From positions 42,470,001 through 42,534,000 of the forward strand of contig OZ360238.1 of NCBI GenBank assembly GCA_977017645.1: DNA of 64,000 nucleotides, in the 5' to 3' direction. The notes beneath the pieces were generated by a model, which saw only the letters and a program-made list of their open reading frames with translations, ran no database searches and was not told where the DNA came from. Origin of the DNA: Torpedo marmorata (taxonomy: Eukaryota). The translations under genes and the position numbers were made by a program. Position 1 is the first letter of the stretch; the number at the start of each line of letters is the position of its first letter. Below are positions 49,648-63,219 of this stretch, piece by piece.

Positions 49648-52600
49648 AACCTTTCCTACTCAAGAAACCTGAATGGAAATTTCTAGGCTGACTCCAGTGC
49701 AGTTTTGAAGGAATGTTGGGATGGGACTTCAAACAAATGCCCCATCAGGGAAGGTGTAAAAGGTAAAGCATTATTCGAATGAGAACAAAGAAATTATCTC
49801 CAGTGTCGTAGCAATATTTATCTCTCAATTAATGTCACAAAAACAATTATAGTTTGTGGGAAATATTTTATTGCCTCAAAAGTGCTTTGAGATGACCTGA
49901 TATATGAAATGCAATTATTTTGTATCTTGTCATTACCTTGATAAATTTTATGCAGTTAAAAGACATGCATTGATGCAGCACCTCATCACATGTCTGAAAG
50001 CAGCTCATGCAGTGACTTACTTGTCCTGCATATGTATTGTTTGTCTGTATGTGTGTTATGTCTGGCTATGTGTCTGCACGTTTTGCACCGACGACCGGAG
50101 AACCCTGTTTCGTCGGGTTGTACTTGTGCAATCAGATGACAGTAAACTTGACTATTTGCAATCTGTGTTGTCTCCCCTTTGAGAAATAGTCAGAGGAAGT
50201 TGCCTGTTAAGGTGCAGGATGACTTTAAAAGAGCAATGTCATAAACTTGGCCTTAATTTCTGGATGAGGTAATTCACATATTCAGGCTTTTGCTCATTTT
50301 TTTGGGTGGGGGGGGGCTTAGAAAAACAGTAACGTTAGTGACGGGTTAAAAATCACCTGAGCCTTCTATAGATTCAGAATCATTATACCACACATGATAA
50401 TTCTGACATAACACTCAGTAGAGGCAATGCTTGAGAGCATTGCCTTTGTACGATATTCTGTGTGTTAGTTCTTAAAAAGCTGTTCCAAACTTCAGACAGA
50501 TTTTAAAAAAATTTATTTTCTTTGAATTAGGACTTGAATCGAATAGAATGGGTAAAGTCATAATTGTACAGACCTTTTTTTTTACACATTTCAAGGTGAA
50601 TGTTGTTTAATAATTCCCTTTATAATTCACATCTGTAACCCCCTTAGGAGATCCCGCACCATCATTATAATTTAAAAATTAGCAAGATTATCAAACCCTT
50701 CCTGTCTTGAGGTGTAAGTGCAAGATTGTGCTTCTCATGTTTTGAACTTTCTAATGGGCTTAAAATAAATGAAATTAGAATTAATGAAGCAAAATGACCA
50801 TCAAAAAGCTACCTGACATTTGAATTGGCCATAATCGTGATAATGTCATTAGTACTGGAACTAATTGTAATCACGCTGCCAAGCTCAAACTGAAAAAGTG
50901 AAGAAAGCACACGGAAGGTTTCAGTCTCGGCCAAAATGTGTCAAGGATTACTTGCTTGGGTTGCTGCATTGCTCTCTTGTAGGCTGATTGCTTCAATGCT
51001 CCTCAGCGTGCCTTTTTCCCATCAAAGTGTAGCTAAGTGAGACTCAGGATTGCCAGTCCAATGATTCTGTTTCCTAAATTGAAGGATAGGTGAGCAGGTA
51101 ATAGGTGAGTGGGTAACAGGTGAGGGGGTAATAGGCAGGGGAGGAAGTGGGAAGACACTTGAAACATTTGTGCCAATTTCAGTTGAAAATTGGAAGGATA
51201 AGAAAGGAAAGATGTCATCAAGCTGGAAAGAGAGCAAAATGATTCACATGGAATTTACTGAGACGAGATGGCTCAAGTCAAGGATAAGCTGGATAGGTTG
51301 GGGCCCATCCCTGGAGGGTAGAAGGATGGGGGTGATATAAAGGTGTACAGATCATCAGGGGCAAAGATAAGGTGAATGCTTACAGTTTCTTCACAAGATT
51401 AGGGGAGTCTAAAACTAGAGGACATAAAGGTTTAAAATGAGGATTGGGGACAAGGGAAGAATTAAAAGGGACCAGATGTGCAACTTTTTTACACAGGAGG
51501 ATAGTGTGTTCATGGAATCAGCGGCCAGAGGAAGTGGTAGAGGTGGGTACAATTGCAACATGTAAAAGACATGTGGACAGTATGTGGATTGGAAAGGGTT
51601 AAAAGAGGGCAAAAGGACTAGCTCAGAAGGAAGCATGGACAAATTGAGCTGAAGGGCCTAGTTTTCATGTTGTACAGCTCTATGCCTCTATGGGGCACTT
51701 TGATCAAGATCAGCACGGTCAGGAGACAGAATCCATCTGTGGTGCCTGAAGATGGTTCAGGAGTCAGATACGGATTTACTCTTTTCAATGCCAATTGGCT
51801 CTTCCAATGTTGAAAAACCAACCTTTGGTATTTATTTGAGCCCCTCTTGTAACAGGATGAAGTCATGGAACTTCTGGACAGATCAAACTTAAATATGAAC
51901 AGAGAGGAGACAGTAATTTCAGCACCTGACTCCTCCTCATTTCTTCATGTCAGCTCTTCACAAGAGCTCTCCCATCACCCCAACCTACAACCTCTGATAA
52001 TGTAACGGAAAATGGGTTGGAGTTCTGGTGCAACAGGATCCACTCCCAACTTCCTCCCCTAGCTTCTTAACTGCGTCTTCTAATGTAGTCTTCAGCGCTC
52101 AAGAATTTTGGGAGTGCTACCTCTAAATAAATTTGGATCCTTTCCAGAGATGGCATAAAAATAACTTGTGAAACTTTGCTCCTTTGTCAAGTGAAATACT
52201 TTTCCCTTCCCACCTCTCAGATAGTGGTTGATTTATAAGGAAAGACTGAAAAGGAAGGGATTTGTTTTCGGTCATTGGTTCAGTTCAGTTTAACTATCTG
52301 AGGACTGCAGCAGCGTTTTCCTTTCATTGCATCAGCACACTTCTGTGCTTTTATCCAAATGGATATATTGTCATGGGATTAGAGAAGAAATTCTGCAGTA
52401 AAATTCCAAATTGTGTGCATTTAGATTTCTTTATTTCTCTGTTTCCAGTTGCCAGTGCTCCTTATGCAAAGCTTCTGTTTAGGGACTGGTTTTCTCTTCT
52501 ACAGTAATGCTCAGGCTCAGGATCAAGAACAAGGGCAGGCAAGCGGGGATAAGTGTCACCACCCCCTCCTCTCCCACCTCCCCTACCTCAATATCGTGCT

Positions 52601-53124
52601 GAGGTTTGAATCTGCTTGCAGCTGTTCAGCCAATAACATTAGGGATGTGTGTGTTTGCCCTTTCAAAATCTACTGAGACTCTATTTAGAATTTCGGAATT
52701 ACTCCAGTTATATCTGCCGAAAGATAAAGATGCAAAAAATGTCCCCCACTCCTTTCACCACCCACCCTTGTGTCTGATGTGGGGAAAGGGAGGGAAATTG
52801 GACTAATTGGACAACCCATTCAATGCCTCAAGATGGGCTAAAAGATGCTCTTGTATGTTGGATTGTCCACTTATTCCATCACATGGTCTAAAATAAATTA
52901 TGCAGATGAATTTGTGCTGAATTATCCAGTCACATGAAACAGTAGAATTGAAATTTTGAGGTAGGTCAGGGAAAATATTATAAATTTGTGCTCAACTTAG
53001 ATTTTCCACATCTCCGAATAATTCTTCCAGAGTGCATTTCATAAAGATTACAGAGGAGGGAAGACTACTTGTGTACATTTGTTCTGTGTTTTCTTTGGCT
53101 AGTTTTTTTGTCTTACATAGCAGT

Positions 53125-55294
53125 GCTGGAGAAACTCAGCAGGTCATGCAGCATCCATGCGAAGAAAAGATATATAACCAACGTTTCGGGCCTGAGCCCT
53201 TCATCAAGGTATGAGCAAAAAGCAGGCAGGATCCTGAATAAAAAATGGAAGAGAGGAGTGCAGAATGGGCAAGGTGAGGAGCACAGTAAGAACGATGAGT
53301 CAGCATACAGAGATGAGGTGCAGTCGCTAATGGAATGGTGCGAAACCAATAACCTGCATCTGAATGTAAACAAAACAAAAGAATTGGTTGTCCACTTCAG
53401 AAGGTCCCGGGGGGATCATTCTCCATTGACCATGGATGGCTTTACTGTTGAGGTCGTAAAGAGTACCAAGTTTCTTGGAGTGCACTTGGCGGAGAGTCTC
53501 AGCTGGTCCCTCAACAGCAGTTCCATAGTCAAGAAAGCCCAGCAGCATCTTTACTTCCTGCGAAGGCTGAGGAACGTTCATCTCCCACCCCCTATCCTTA
53601 CTACATTCTACAGGGGATGTATTGAGAGTATTCTGAGCAATTGCATCACCGCTTGGTTTGGTAACTGTACCATCTCGGACCGAAAGACCCTGCAAAGGAT
53701 AGTGAGGTCAGCGGAGAAAATTATTGGAGTCTCTCTCCCCACCATGACAGACATCTACAACACACGATGCATGAGGAAGGCTAAAAACATTGTGAAGGAC
53801 TTCTCACACCCCTTTGGTAAACTGTTTTCCCCTTTGCCATCTGGAAGGAGGTACCGAAGCACTCGGGCTCGTATGTCCAGACTGTGCAACAGTTTTTTCC
53901 CCCAAGCCATCAGGCTCCTCAATTCCTAGCTATATATGTGTATTAGCATGTTATAGTTTTTCTATTGTATTATGATATTTATGTACATCTGCCCATGGTC
54001 CTGGAGAAACGCTAGCTCGTCTTACTGTGTATATGGTAATGAACGACAAATAAAGGTGACTTGACTTGACTTGACAGGCCAACAGGTCATAGGTGGAAAT
54101 GGGTGGGAGGGCAGAAGAGAAAAGAGCTGAGAAGTGATAGGGGAGGGTCTAGCTCTGAATGGAGAAGGAAGGAGGCGGAGAGCTGGAAGAAAGGAAACAG
54201 AGGGTGAGGGAAAGAGAGAGAGAGAGAGATAGATAGATAGAGAAGGGGGCTAATGGAGAAGTCAATGTTAATGCCATCTGGTTGGAAGGTACCCAGACAG
54301 AATATTAGGTGTTGTTTCTCCAGTTAGTGGTGGCCTCGATTTGGCAGTGCATGAGGCCATGGACAAACATGTCGGTGTGGGAATGGGGTACAGAATTGAA
54401 ATGGTTGGCCACCGGGAGGTCCCTGTTATTGCAGTGGACAGAGCGAAGGTGCTCAATGAAAAAATCTCCGAGTCTGCCTCCAGTCTCTCCGATGCAGAGG
54501 AGGCCACAATGAGAGCACCGAATGCAGTCCTGCTACATCATGTAGAAATGTTACACTTGCGCCCACACCTCCTCCCTCACCACCATTTGGTGCCCCAAAT
54601 AGTCCTTCCATGTGAAATAACACTACACTTGTGAATTTGCAGAGTTCATCTACTGCACCCAGTGCTCGCATTGTGGTCTCCTCTACATTGGACAGACTGG
54701 ACGCAGACTGGGAGATCATTTCGTTGTGCACCCTCGCTCTGTCTGCTGCAATAGCAGGATCCTCCCAATGGCCAAGCATTTCATTTCCACACTCCATTCC
54801 CATGCTGACATGTTTGTCCATGGCCTCATGCAATGCCAAACCGAGGCCACCCAGTAATTGGAGGAACAACACCTAATATTCCGTCTAGGCAATCTCCAAC
54901 CAGATGGCATTAACATTGACCTCTCCAGTTTCCATTAGGCCCCTTCCCTGCCTGTCTGTCTCTGCCTATTCCTCCATATGCTTTCCTCTCTCCATTCAGA
55001 GAGCTACCCCTCTCCATATCTCAACTTTTTTCTCTTCTGTCCTCCCACCCATATCCACCTATGAACTCTTGCCTGTGGGCCTGTGCTCCTCACTCTCTCC
55101 CTTCTTCCCTCTTCCCCTCACCTTTTTATTCAGGTGCCTGCCTGCTTTTTGCTCATACCTAGACGAAGGGCTCAGTCCCGAAACATTGGTTATATATCTT
55201 TGCTTCTTATGAACTCTGTGCGACCTGCTGAGTTTCTCCAGTACTTTTGTGTATTAAACTACAATCACAGTATCAGCAGACTTTCTTGTTTAAC
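53125..55294. mobile_element. Fold-back Penelope-like element: inverted arm (53125-53283 plus 54075-54528) followed by sense copy (54529-55294)
   Basis: GIY-YIG remnant IYC..CS.CGLLYIG.TGRRLGDHF on +, mirrored on -; pLTRs at both ends; 26-bp TSD 53105-53130 and 55295-55320 (2 mismatches). Confidence 0.88.
53284..54074 (+). mobile_element. Rex1/Babar 3' fragment, subfamily B copy 1 (nested in the Penelope arm)
   Basis: NDESAYRDEV..LNVNKTKELVV..KFLGV..IESILSNCITAWFG..SFFPQAIRLLNS*; (GACTT)n tail. Confidence 0.92.
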
Positions 55295-55715
55295 TTTTTG
55301 TCTTACTTAGCTGTGCTGGACTTGTGCCAGTAATCCAAGAGAAAAAAAAAGTTCTTTGGAAATGTAATTCTGTGTCCTTTTTGTTGGTGCTCAGTTCTGC
55401 ACTGTTAATGAGAGATTATGGCTAAGAGTTGCCTGCTGAAAAGCTTTTGTTTTTGACTCGGTGTTTGCCTGAAGACACAGTACAAATGCCTTAAAAATAG
55501 TGATGTGGGTAGGGAGGAGACATTTCAATGTGGCAAGACCTCCTACTTTTGTGCAAACATTTTTGTTGGCAAGTGGAATGGGAACATTTTGTCCAAAGTA
55601 ACATTTTCTTGGATATAACCTGTGCTGTTGTTGAAACAAAATCACTAACAATGCTCCAAATGATGTTCAATGGAGCTGCTCCTGGTGACTTCCACCGAAC
55701 AGCATGTGCAAGCAT

Positions 55716-56160
55716 TTAAGTTGAAGTTTATTTGTTAAAAACAATACCGAGTACAGTAAGAAGAATTCTTCTGCAAACAGAATTTTGTATCTAACATTAA
55801 TACAGCCATGTAAAGAGCACCATTTACAGAGTACAGGATTACAATGAATAGGAAAAGCAAGGGCATCGTGAGAGCACAGTTTTGGGGTTCACTCAGGAGC
55901 TTGAAGGCTGCGGGGAAGAAACTGGCTTTAAGCATGTTGGCGTACGCTTTCACGCTCTCGTGCCTTCTGCCCAATGGGAAGAGGGAGAAGAGAGTGTGAC
56001 TGGGGTGTGATGGGTCTCTCAGTATGCTCGCTGCCTTGCCTAGGCAGTGGGAGATGTAGATGGTGTCCATGGAGTGGAGGAAAGTTTGCGATATGTTCTG
56101 AGCTGCATTTACTATTTTCTGTTGCTTCTGATCTTGAGCAGTGCAGTTCCCATACCACAC
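55716..56160 (-). mobile_element. Old Rex1/Babar 3' fragment
   Basis: WYGNC..KAASILRDPSHPSHTLFSL.P.GRR..SFFPAAFKLL. Confidence 0.75.
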
Positions 56161-57128
56161 TGTTCGTTAAAAAGAAAAGAAAATGAATTATAATTGCTTA
56201 TTATCCCACTTTCTAATGTCACCATCTTGCTTGAACCTGTTGCCTGTCATGAATTCCATTTATTCTTGTCTTGGATCCTTCTCCAGAGTTATCTGGTTCT
56301 CAGGAAGTGAAGGGATTATATACATGATTATATTGAACAACGAACAAATGATTGTCTATTTAATCTTCTCGTGACAGTGCAGTTTAAGGGAGGGATATTG
56401 GGATCTTCAGTAACACCTGTTTAAATAGTTCTTAATTGTGAGTTAAATAGCCCAAATTCTCTTTTTTTTGCAACCTATGCCTCCAGGAGGTAGAAGAATA
56501 TTTCTCTCCAGAAGACTGATGCAAACATCAGGTTTTGTCTATTGAACTGCGAAGGATGAGCACCCAGAGCATTTTTTATGTGGGAAATCATCTACACCAA
56601 TTAATGAGCAAAAGTGTATGATAATATTAGCAGATTAGTATAATAATCCTGTCAGTTAGTGTTCCATTTATCAGTTGCACTTACAGATTTGACTGATGTC
56701 TTCACCGATTCAATGTAGTCCTTTTGTTTCTCCATAGAAAATGGATTTGGAGTAATTTTCCTCATTAAATTAACTTTGCAACCACAGCACCTTACAGGCA
56801 TGAATGGCACAGATATATATCGGCCAAGCTTCTTCTCATGGGGTCAAATGCAATTCATAGTTTAGGTTGCCACTTACATCTACTCCCAAAGCTCAATCCT
56901 GCCAACATCACTATTGTTTGCCTGGAACATCTGTCTTTGCAACACATCATCTGTCCCATCATTTGGAGATGCATGTAACCTGATTGGGTTTTCTTCTTGA
57001 TGTGGATCCATTGATGGACACAATAGTTTTCAGTTTACTCGATGAAGGGTAATAGCAGGTAAAATTAAGAGAGATGTCTGGCCTGTAACATAGATTTTCC
57101 TGCGATGTTGGGCGATCCTTAACCATCA

Positions 57129-58298
57129 TTTTTTTTAGACATACAGCACGGTAACAGGTCCTTTCGGCCCACGAGCCCGTGTCACTCAAATACCCCAATT
57201 AACCAACAGCACCTGTATGTTTTGAACGGTGGAAGGAAACCGGAGAATCCGGAGGAAACCTACGCAAACATGGGGAGAACGTACTGTTACAAATTCAAAC
57301 CAGCAACGACAGAAGACGCAATGCAAAAGGGGTAAAATTGAAATTTCTATTTATTAAAGACAATTAAACATATAATTTCACAACAATTAACCCCACTATA
57401 AACGTCTATAAACACTATTCTTATCTAAAAGGTGTGTGTGTGTAAAGCCCAGACCATATCAGTCTGTGCCCAACCCTCATGTAAAAATGGAAAAACTTTC
57501 CCCAAAACCCCCAGGTCAGTCATAAAAACAAGTCAGTCCCAAAAATACAGTCCACAAAAATTCACTCTCTATGTTCAGGGTCCAAATTCAGCTCTGTGTG
57601 CTGGCAAGCAGGACTTCTTAATGAACATTGGAGAGAGACAATGACTGTTTATGCTTACAAATACTTGGCTTGCTTTTCTTCTCTGATGACTTTCCCTTCT
57701 GGTGTTTTCACAAGGATTGCGAATTCAGATCCGTTTTGGATTAAGGCATGTACTTGGATCTCACAGCCTGTTCTTCACAAAAGCTGCTCTCAACTCAGGA
57801 TTTTGCTGAATCATAAAGAGGCCTTGTATTTCTCCCAGCCGTTTCCCCTGGGATACACAAGCCTGGATTTTTCTGATTCAAGAGACTCTGTGCTATTCTC
57901 CCAACTTCTTCTCTGGGATGCACAAGCCTGGATCCTGCTGAGTTCTTCCGCCTTTGCAACTCCAAAACTGCCACTGATTCAGTTTTCCACGACTGAACTT
58001 TAGGCCTTCATGTAGAGAGAGTTTTCTCTTGCTCCCTTTTTCAAAAGTTCCACACCCAAGTATCTTTCCACAGTTTGTCTCCCCCTGGTGTCTCTCTCTT
58101 GTAAATACAAGAAGTCCTGGGCAAGTTAACTCTTTCAGTACCAGGTCCCAGTGTATATTCCAAAATACTTCATCCTTCCTGCTTACCGTCCACAGTCCAA
58201 ATTGTCAGTCATGGTCCATAACAGTACAAACTCCTTACAGACACCGTCGGATTCGAACCCAGGTCACTGGCGCTGTAACAGCGTTGCGCTAACCGCTA
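57129..58298 (-). mobile_element. V-SINE split by a solo LTR (57129-57284 and 58224-58298)
   Basis: Removing 57285-58227 restores GGGAGAACGTACAAACTCCTTACAGACA, as in the intact copy at 48757-48785. Confidence 0.88.
57285..58223 (-). mobile_element. 939-bp solo LTR (Gypsy or ERV class unresolved)
   Basis: TGTTA...TAACA termini, 4-bp TSD GTAC (57281-57284 and 58224-58227), minus-strand AATAAA at 57350-57355. Confidence 0.85.
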
Positions 58299-59052
58299 CA
58301 TTTTTCCCCATTTCTCTCATTTTAGAAACAAAGTTAATATAATTTTCAATTTGGAGATGCAACTCAAAGGAAATAAAAAAGCATGTTTTTTTTTTTATTC
58401 CTCTGATTTAATCCCTGGCTACTCCAAAGCTGCCAAAGATAGTTGCTTGAAGAATATGGTAGAGCACAGAAGTAATTTGAGCAAAAAAAGTATCATCGGC
58501 CTCCAAATGAACTTGTGAATGAATGTGGATCAGTGCATGAGTTATGACCATGTTGTTCTGTTATTCCAGAGGTAGCACACAATAAACATTAACACAATTT
58601 TAAGAGTCTATGAAGCAACAAAAATGTACTCAAAAGTTGAATGGCCCTGTGATTGTTTGACCTGGCATTTGCTTGCCACTTGCCAATCAGCTGGGGCCAT
58701 AACTCAAGCCACTTGGCATTCTATGAGCCTGCTGAATCCCAGAATGTTAACCAGACTAAACCTTCAACGTGCTGAGTGTCACTCAGTTCTCACTGGAGTG
58801 CAGGAGCTGGTGATCACATGACCAGCCAGATGGTTGATATGGTAATCCTTTGCTAATGTCTCTCAGCTCTGTCCATTTTGGGACAGAGAGGGGTCTCATT
58901 CCCAGCACCTGAAAAGGGACAGTATAAATTCACGGGGGTTTCTCTTTTCATCATCTGAACAGAGTGTGCAAAACTTTAACAGAGTGCATTTAAAAAAAAA
59001 CACCGGTGCCTTGTTGGCTAGTATTTTCGGCAGACAATTATAGGGTGACATG

Positions 59053-59704
59053 GGATCCTTTTTACACTCCACCTGACCATGTGCAAAGGTAAGGCCCTTT
59101 TGCATGATTTAGCTAACGTATTACCTAGGATTACGGGAGTAGCCTTTCCACTAGACCCGGAGTTGTATCTTTTAGGAAACCTCATGGACATAAGCAACAG
59201 ATTATCCAAATTCCAAATTTAATTTGTAAAAGTTGCTCTCTCCGTAGCAAAAAAATGCATCGCAGTTACTTGGAAGTCCGACTCCCCCCTTCTCATCACT
59301 CGATGGTCTACGGAAAAGTAGGGATGTATCCCCATGGAAAAAATTACATATAGTCTTAGAAATAAGTATGATAACTTTGTTAAAGAGTGGCAACCATACT
59401 TGGACCATATTGGTGCTCAGTTGTAATCCAACCCCTGAGGTATGGTATACTGTAAGGTATAATTATTTAAGGGTGTGTCATCCCCAAATACTTGGACAAA
59501 AGTTGTAAGCGCTGACAGTACGTTTAGTTTTCTTTTCTTTTTCTTTCTCTTTTGTCTTGGTTTTATTATTTTTGGGTGGGGAAGAGAGGGTTAAGGGGTG
59601 TAATGTATTCTGTACTTGATACGTTTGAAATTTATGTATATTTGTGATTGTTTATTAATGTTTCGTGAAAATTTTTGAAAATGAAAAATAAAATATTTTA
59701 AAAA
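59053..59704 (+). mobile_element. L1 3' fragment related to the 3848 family
   Basis: VAKKCIAVTWKSD..CIPMEKITYSLRNKY; AATAAA plus A tail; perfect 17-bp TSD AATTATAGGGTGACATG (59036-59052 and 59705-59721). Confidence 0.9.
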
Positions 59705-61734
59705 AATTATAGGGTGACATGAATCATCCTGCTGCCCCATCACATCCCACCTCCGTCCTCGAAGTCACAGACTGAGGCTGAGACACAGTGAAAGGATGGG
59801 GTTACCCTTAGCTCAAGGTCACTCACTATTTAGCCATCCATTCAATATCTGACCCAGCGGTGATGGAAGAATTGGTAAGATGCTTGTGCATTTTTGCATG
59901 GGAAGATATTCCCTTGATTTTGCTAGTTGTGTTCTTCCTGATGATATATTTCACTCATTAAGGAAGTGCTATTGAAATCACCTTCAGAGAAAAAGCCTGT
60001 AACATTACCTTGCCAAACAACCTGATGTTACTTCAGGCTGAACTGTCATCATTATTATCCATGTGCTGTACTTCCTCAAACCAATCCAAGGAGCTCAGCT
60101 TAAAGAGAGGAATGAAGTGACCAATTCAAAGCTCCTTTCACATCGTTACCTGTATATGTTCCATCCAAAACAAAATTATAACAAAATGTAAAACCTAAAC
60201 ACGCGACTGACAAAAAGATTAGGAAAAATATCTGAGTGTTTTAGACAATGATTAATTTTGAACAGAAGGTGAGGGAAGAAGAATTGATGTCTGGAACCAC
60301 TGTGTGGGTTACAAGGAAATATTTTTTTCCCACGAGAATTTTCCATCGAGATTCTAAAGGGAAGCTGTCTGGTTTATGAATGTTTTATTGCTTTCTAAAT
60401 GTGGGAAAACAACTTTGTAGAACTTTGATAGCTTTTCAGCAATATTTAGTCTCATAGCACCTTTATAACTCAGAGTCCATTCATATTTGAATAATTTTGT
60501 GAAGGCTCTGTTCCTTTTATTTCAGTTCATTCTCTCATATCAATCTCTTTTATTGGGCCTCTTGTCATTTTGGTAACATCAGCTGAACTGGGTTTGTAAC
60601 CAATCAGAACCATGAATTTAGAACTGAGAAATGAGAGCATCCAATGTGGCTCCATTTTGGGGGCAGAATGGAGATAATGGGCTGAATATACTCTTGCCTC
60701 CATTAATTTCTAGGATCTGTAATTTGAGTTGAATTTTCTGGTTTTATGGAATCACTTCTACCACCAATGATGTTGAAATGATCACCAAAAGAACAATTTG
60801 TTGTTCACTACCATTCATTGCTCACAGAGACATTTCATGTGGCTGATGATTTGCAGTTGTATTGAGACCAGAGCGTACACCCTATAGCCACAGCTAAAAC
60901 AGTCCCAAGTGTCTTTATATTATCCCCCAGCTTTAAGACATATCAAACTTGTGAGACACGATTCATTCTTTTGTGGAAGGGATCTATTTATTTCAGTTAA
61001 TTAATGTTAAAATTCTGATGACTGATGATATCAGTAAAGGGAGTTACCGAACCCAGGAACATAGGGAGGATGCAGAAGTAACATCTGCAGATAAAGGCAT
61101 TAACCCAAGAGTTTTCATAAATTATGTTGTTTCAGCTGTGTTTATGCTTCCAGTTCCCTTTTTACTGCTGGATTCAGTTTTCCAGAAAGCTGGATGCTCA
61201 TACTTACATTGTCAGCACTTGCTGGTATTTTGGTCAGCTTCCCTGTACTGTCTCAATATAATGGATAAGTTTCTGATCACTGAGTTAAGAGAAGTGCAAT
61301 CCTGGATTTATGCAGAGACATCGATGGTGAATATTTGCAGCTGGGAACTCACCCATTCAACAACATGGAGATCATTCAATTTTTATTTTGCCTGTTTCAC
61401 AGGAGATAACCGGGTGCTCATTAACCAGGTGGAAAAGCTTGAGATAAAAGATCAGAGGATTGGTATGGGCAGAGATAGGAGTGGTTGTATGGTGGAGCAT
61501 GAGATAAGACAGTAAATAACACAGAGTGGGGTGCTTGTCAGGGGGGGGGGGGACACAAGTGGGTGGGGGCAGATCATGCAGTGGTGCAGTGGGTCGAATT
61601 GTACTGGGGTTGAAGACGAGGTAACAGTGGGTTGGGAAAGATACCATTGGGGAATAGGGCAACAAATTTTGTGAAGGGTAAGATTGTTGGGGCGAGGTGG
61701 ATAGGGAGGGTTGATAGGGGCAGGAAGAAACCGC

Positions 61735-62780
61735 AATGATAACGATAATGAGTTTCTCGTCATATGCATTGTACAAAGTACATATGCCCCAAAATTTCTA
61801 CTTGCTGCAACCAAATAGGTACTTCATAAAAAAACTACAATAGTATACATTAAATTAAAAATAGATAATAAATACAAATGACAGGTGGTTAATAAATGGG
61901 GTGGCGCGGTTAGTGCAACGCTGTTACAGCATCAACGACCCGTGCCTGTGTGGGTTTCTTCTGGGTGCTCCACTTTCATCCCACCTTCCAAACACGTGAG
62001 GGGGTTGTGGGTGAATTGGGTGTAATTGGGCAGCACAGGCTCATGGGCTGGAAGGACCTGTTATTGTGCTGTATTTCTAAAAAAATATATTCATAGTTAC
62101 CATAGTGCAAGAGAAAAGAAAGTGGCCTTACAATAGTGCAGATAGTCCTTTTGTGATGCCAGAGAAGTCCATGACTAGTGTGTCAATGGTTGGTTACAAA
62201 GCCCAATAGCCACTGAAAAGAATCTGTTCTTGAAACTAGAGGTGCTCGTCTTCAGGCTTCTGTACCTTCTACCCAAAGGTATCAGTGAGAAGAGGTTGTG
62301 ACCATGGTGATGAGGGTCCTTAATGATGTTGGCTGCCTTCTTGAGGCAGCACCTCACAGAGATGTCTTCAATGGATGAGAGGTCAGAGCCTGTGATGGAC
62401 CTGGCTATGTGTGCTACCTTCTGCAGCCTATTGTGTTCCCGGCCACTCAAATAACTAAATCAGGATGTGATGCAACCAGTTAAAATATATCTGCTGTGTA
62501 CCTGTGGAGGTTTGGTAAAGCATTGGATGACATGCTAAATCTCCTCAGACTTCTTAGCAAGTATAGGTATTGGCATGCCTTCTTCACGGCTGCCAGGATG
62601 TATTGGCATCAGGAAAGGTCTTCTGAAATATGGGCTCCCAGGAAGATACTAACCCTCTTCACCTCTGTCCCATTAATGCAGATAGGTGAGTGGCCCCTCA
62701 GACTCTCCTTCCTAAAATCAAAAATTTTTTATTAATGCTGAGAGCAAGATTGTTGTTCTGGCACCACCCAACCAGATTCT
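61735..62780 (-). mobile_element. Old Rex1/Babar 3' fragment containing a V-SINE
   Basis: CLKKAANIIKDPHHHGHNLFSLIPLGRRYRSL; frameshifted RT remnants. Confidence 0.75.
61898..62085 (+). mobile_element. V-SINE with internal deletion
   Basis: tRNA-like head, GTGGGTTTCTTCTGGGTGCTCC and SINE tail. Confidence 0.75.
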
Positions 62781-63219
62781 CGACACAATGGTGATGGAGA
62801 ATGGGGAATGAATGAAGCTAACGAGGCAGAGGGAAAGACTGCATTGGGAAGGGCTTAATTCTGATGAGTAGAATAGAACTTGCTGGGTAGGATAGGAATC
62901 ATTTGGACAACATCCATAGGGAGTGGGCAAGGGAAGAGGTGTGAGGAAGGAGAGATCACGGGCTGCAGAAGAGAGGTGGGAGGGGAGAGATCTTTGGAGA
63001 TTGAGGGAGAGAGTGAGAGATCAATTGTCGGTGGAACAATTATAAGGAGCAAGAGAGCAAGTGATCATTGTAACATATGGCAGAAATTGCTTGCGAGAGG
63101 ACAATGGCAGAGGGCCGGAGACTGCTAGGAATTGGCCAATAGTGTTGATGAAAAGATTGCAGCAGAAAATGTACTTAAAGAGCTGGGAGGAAGATGGTAT
63201 CCTCTTAACCTACGATATA

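Noticed and set aside
53069-53929. 286-aa ORF as a novel gene
   Set aside because: Non-coding flank and Penelope pLTR read through into a truncated Rex1 RT C-terminus.
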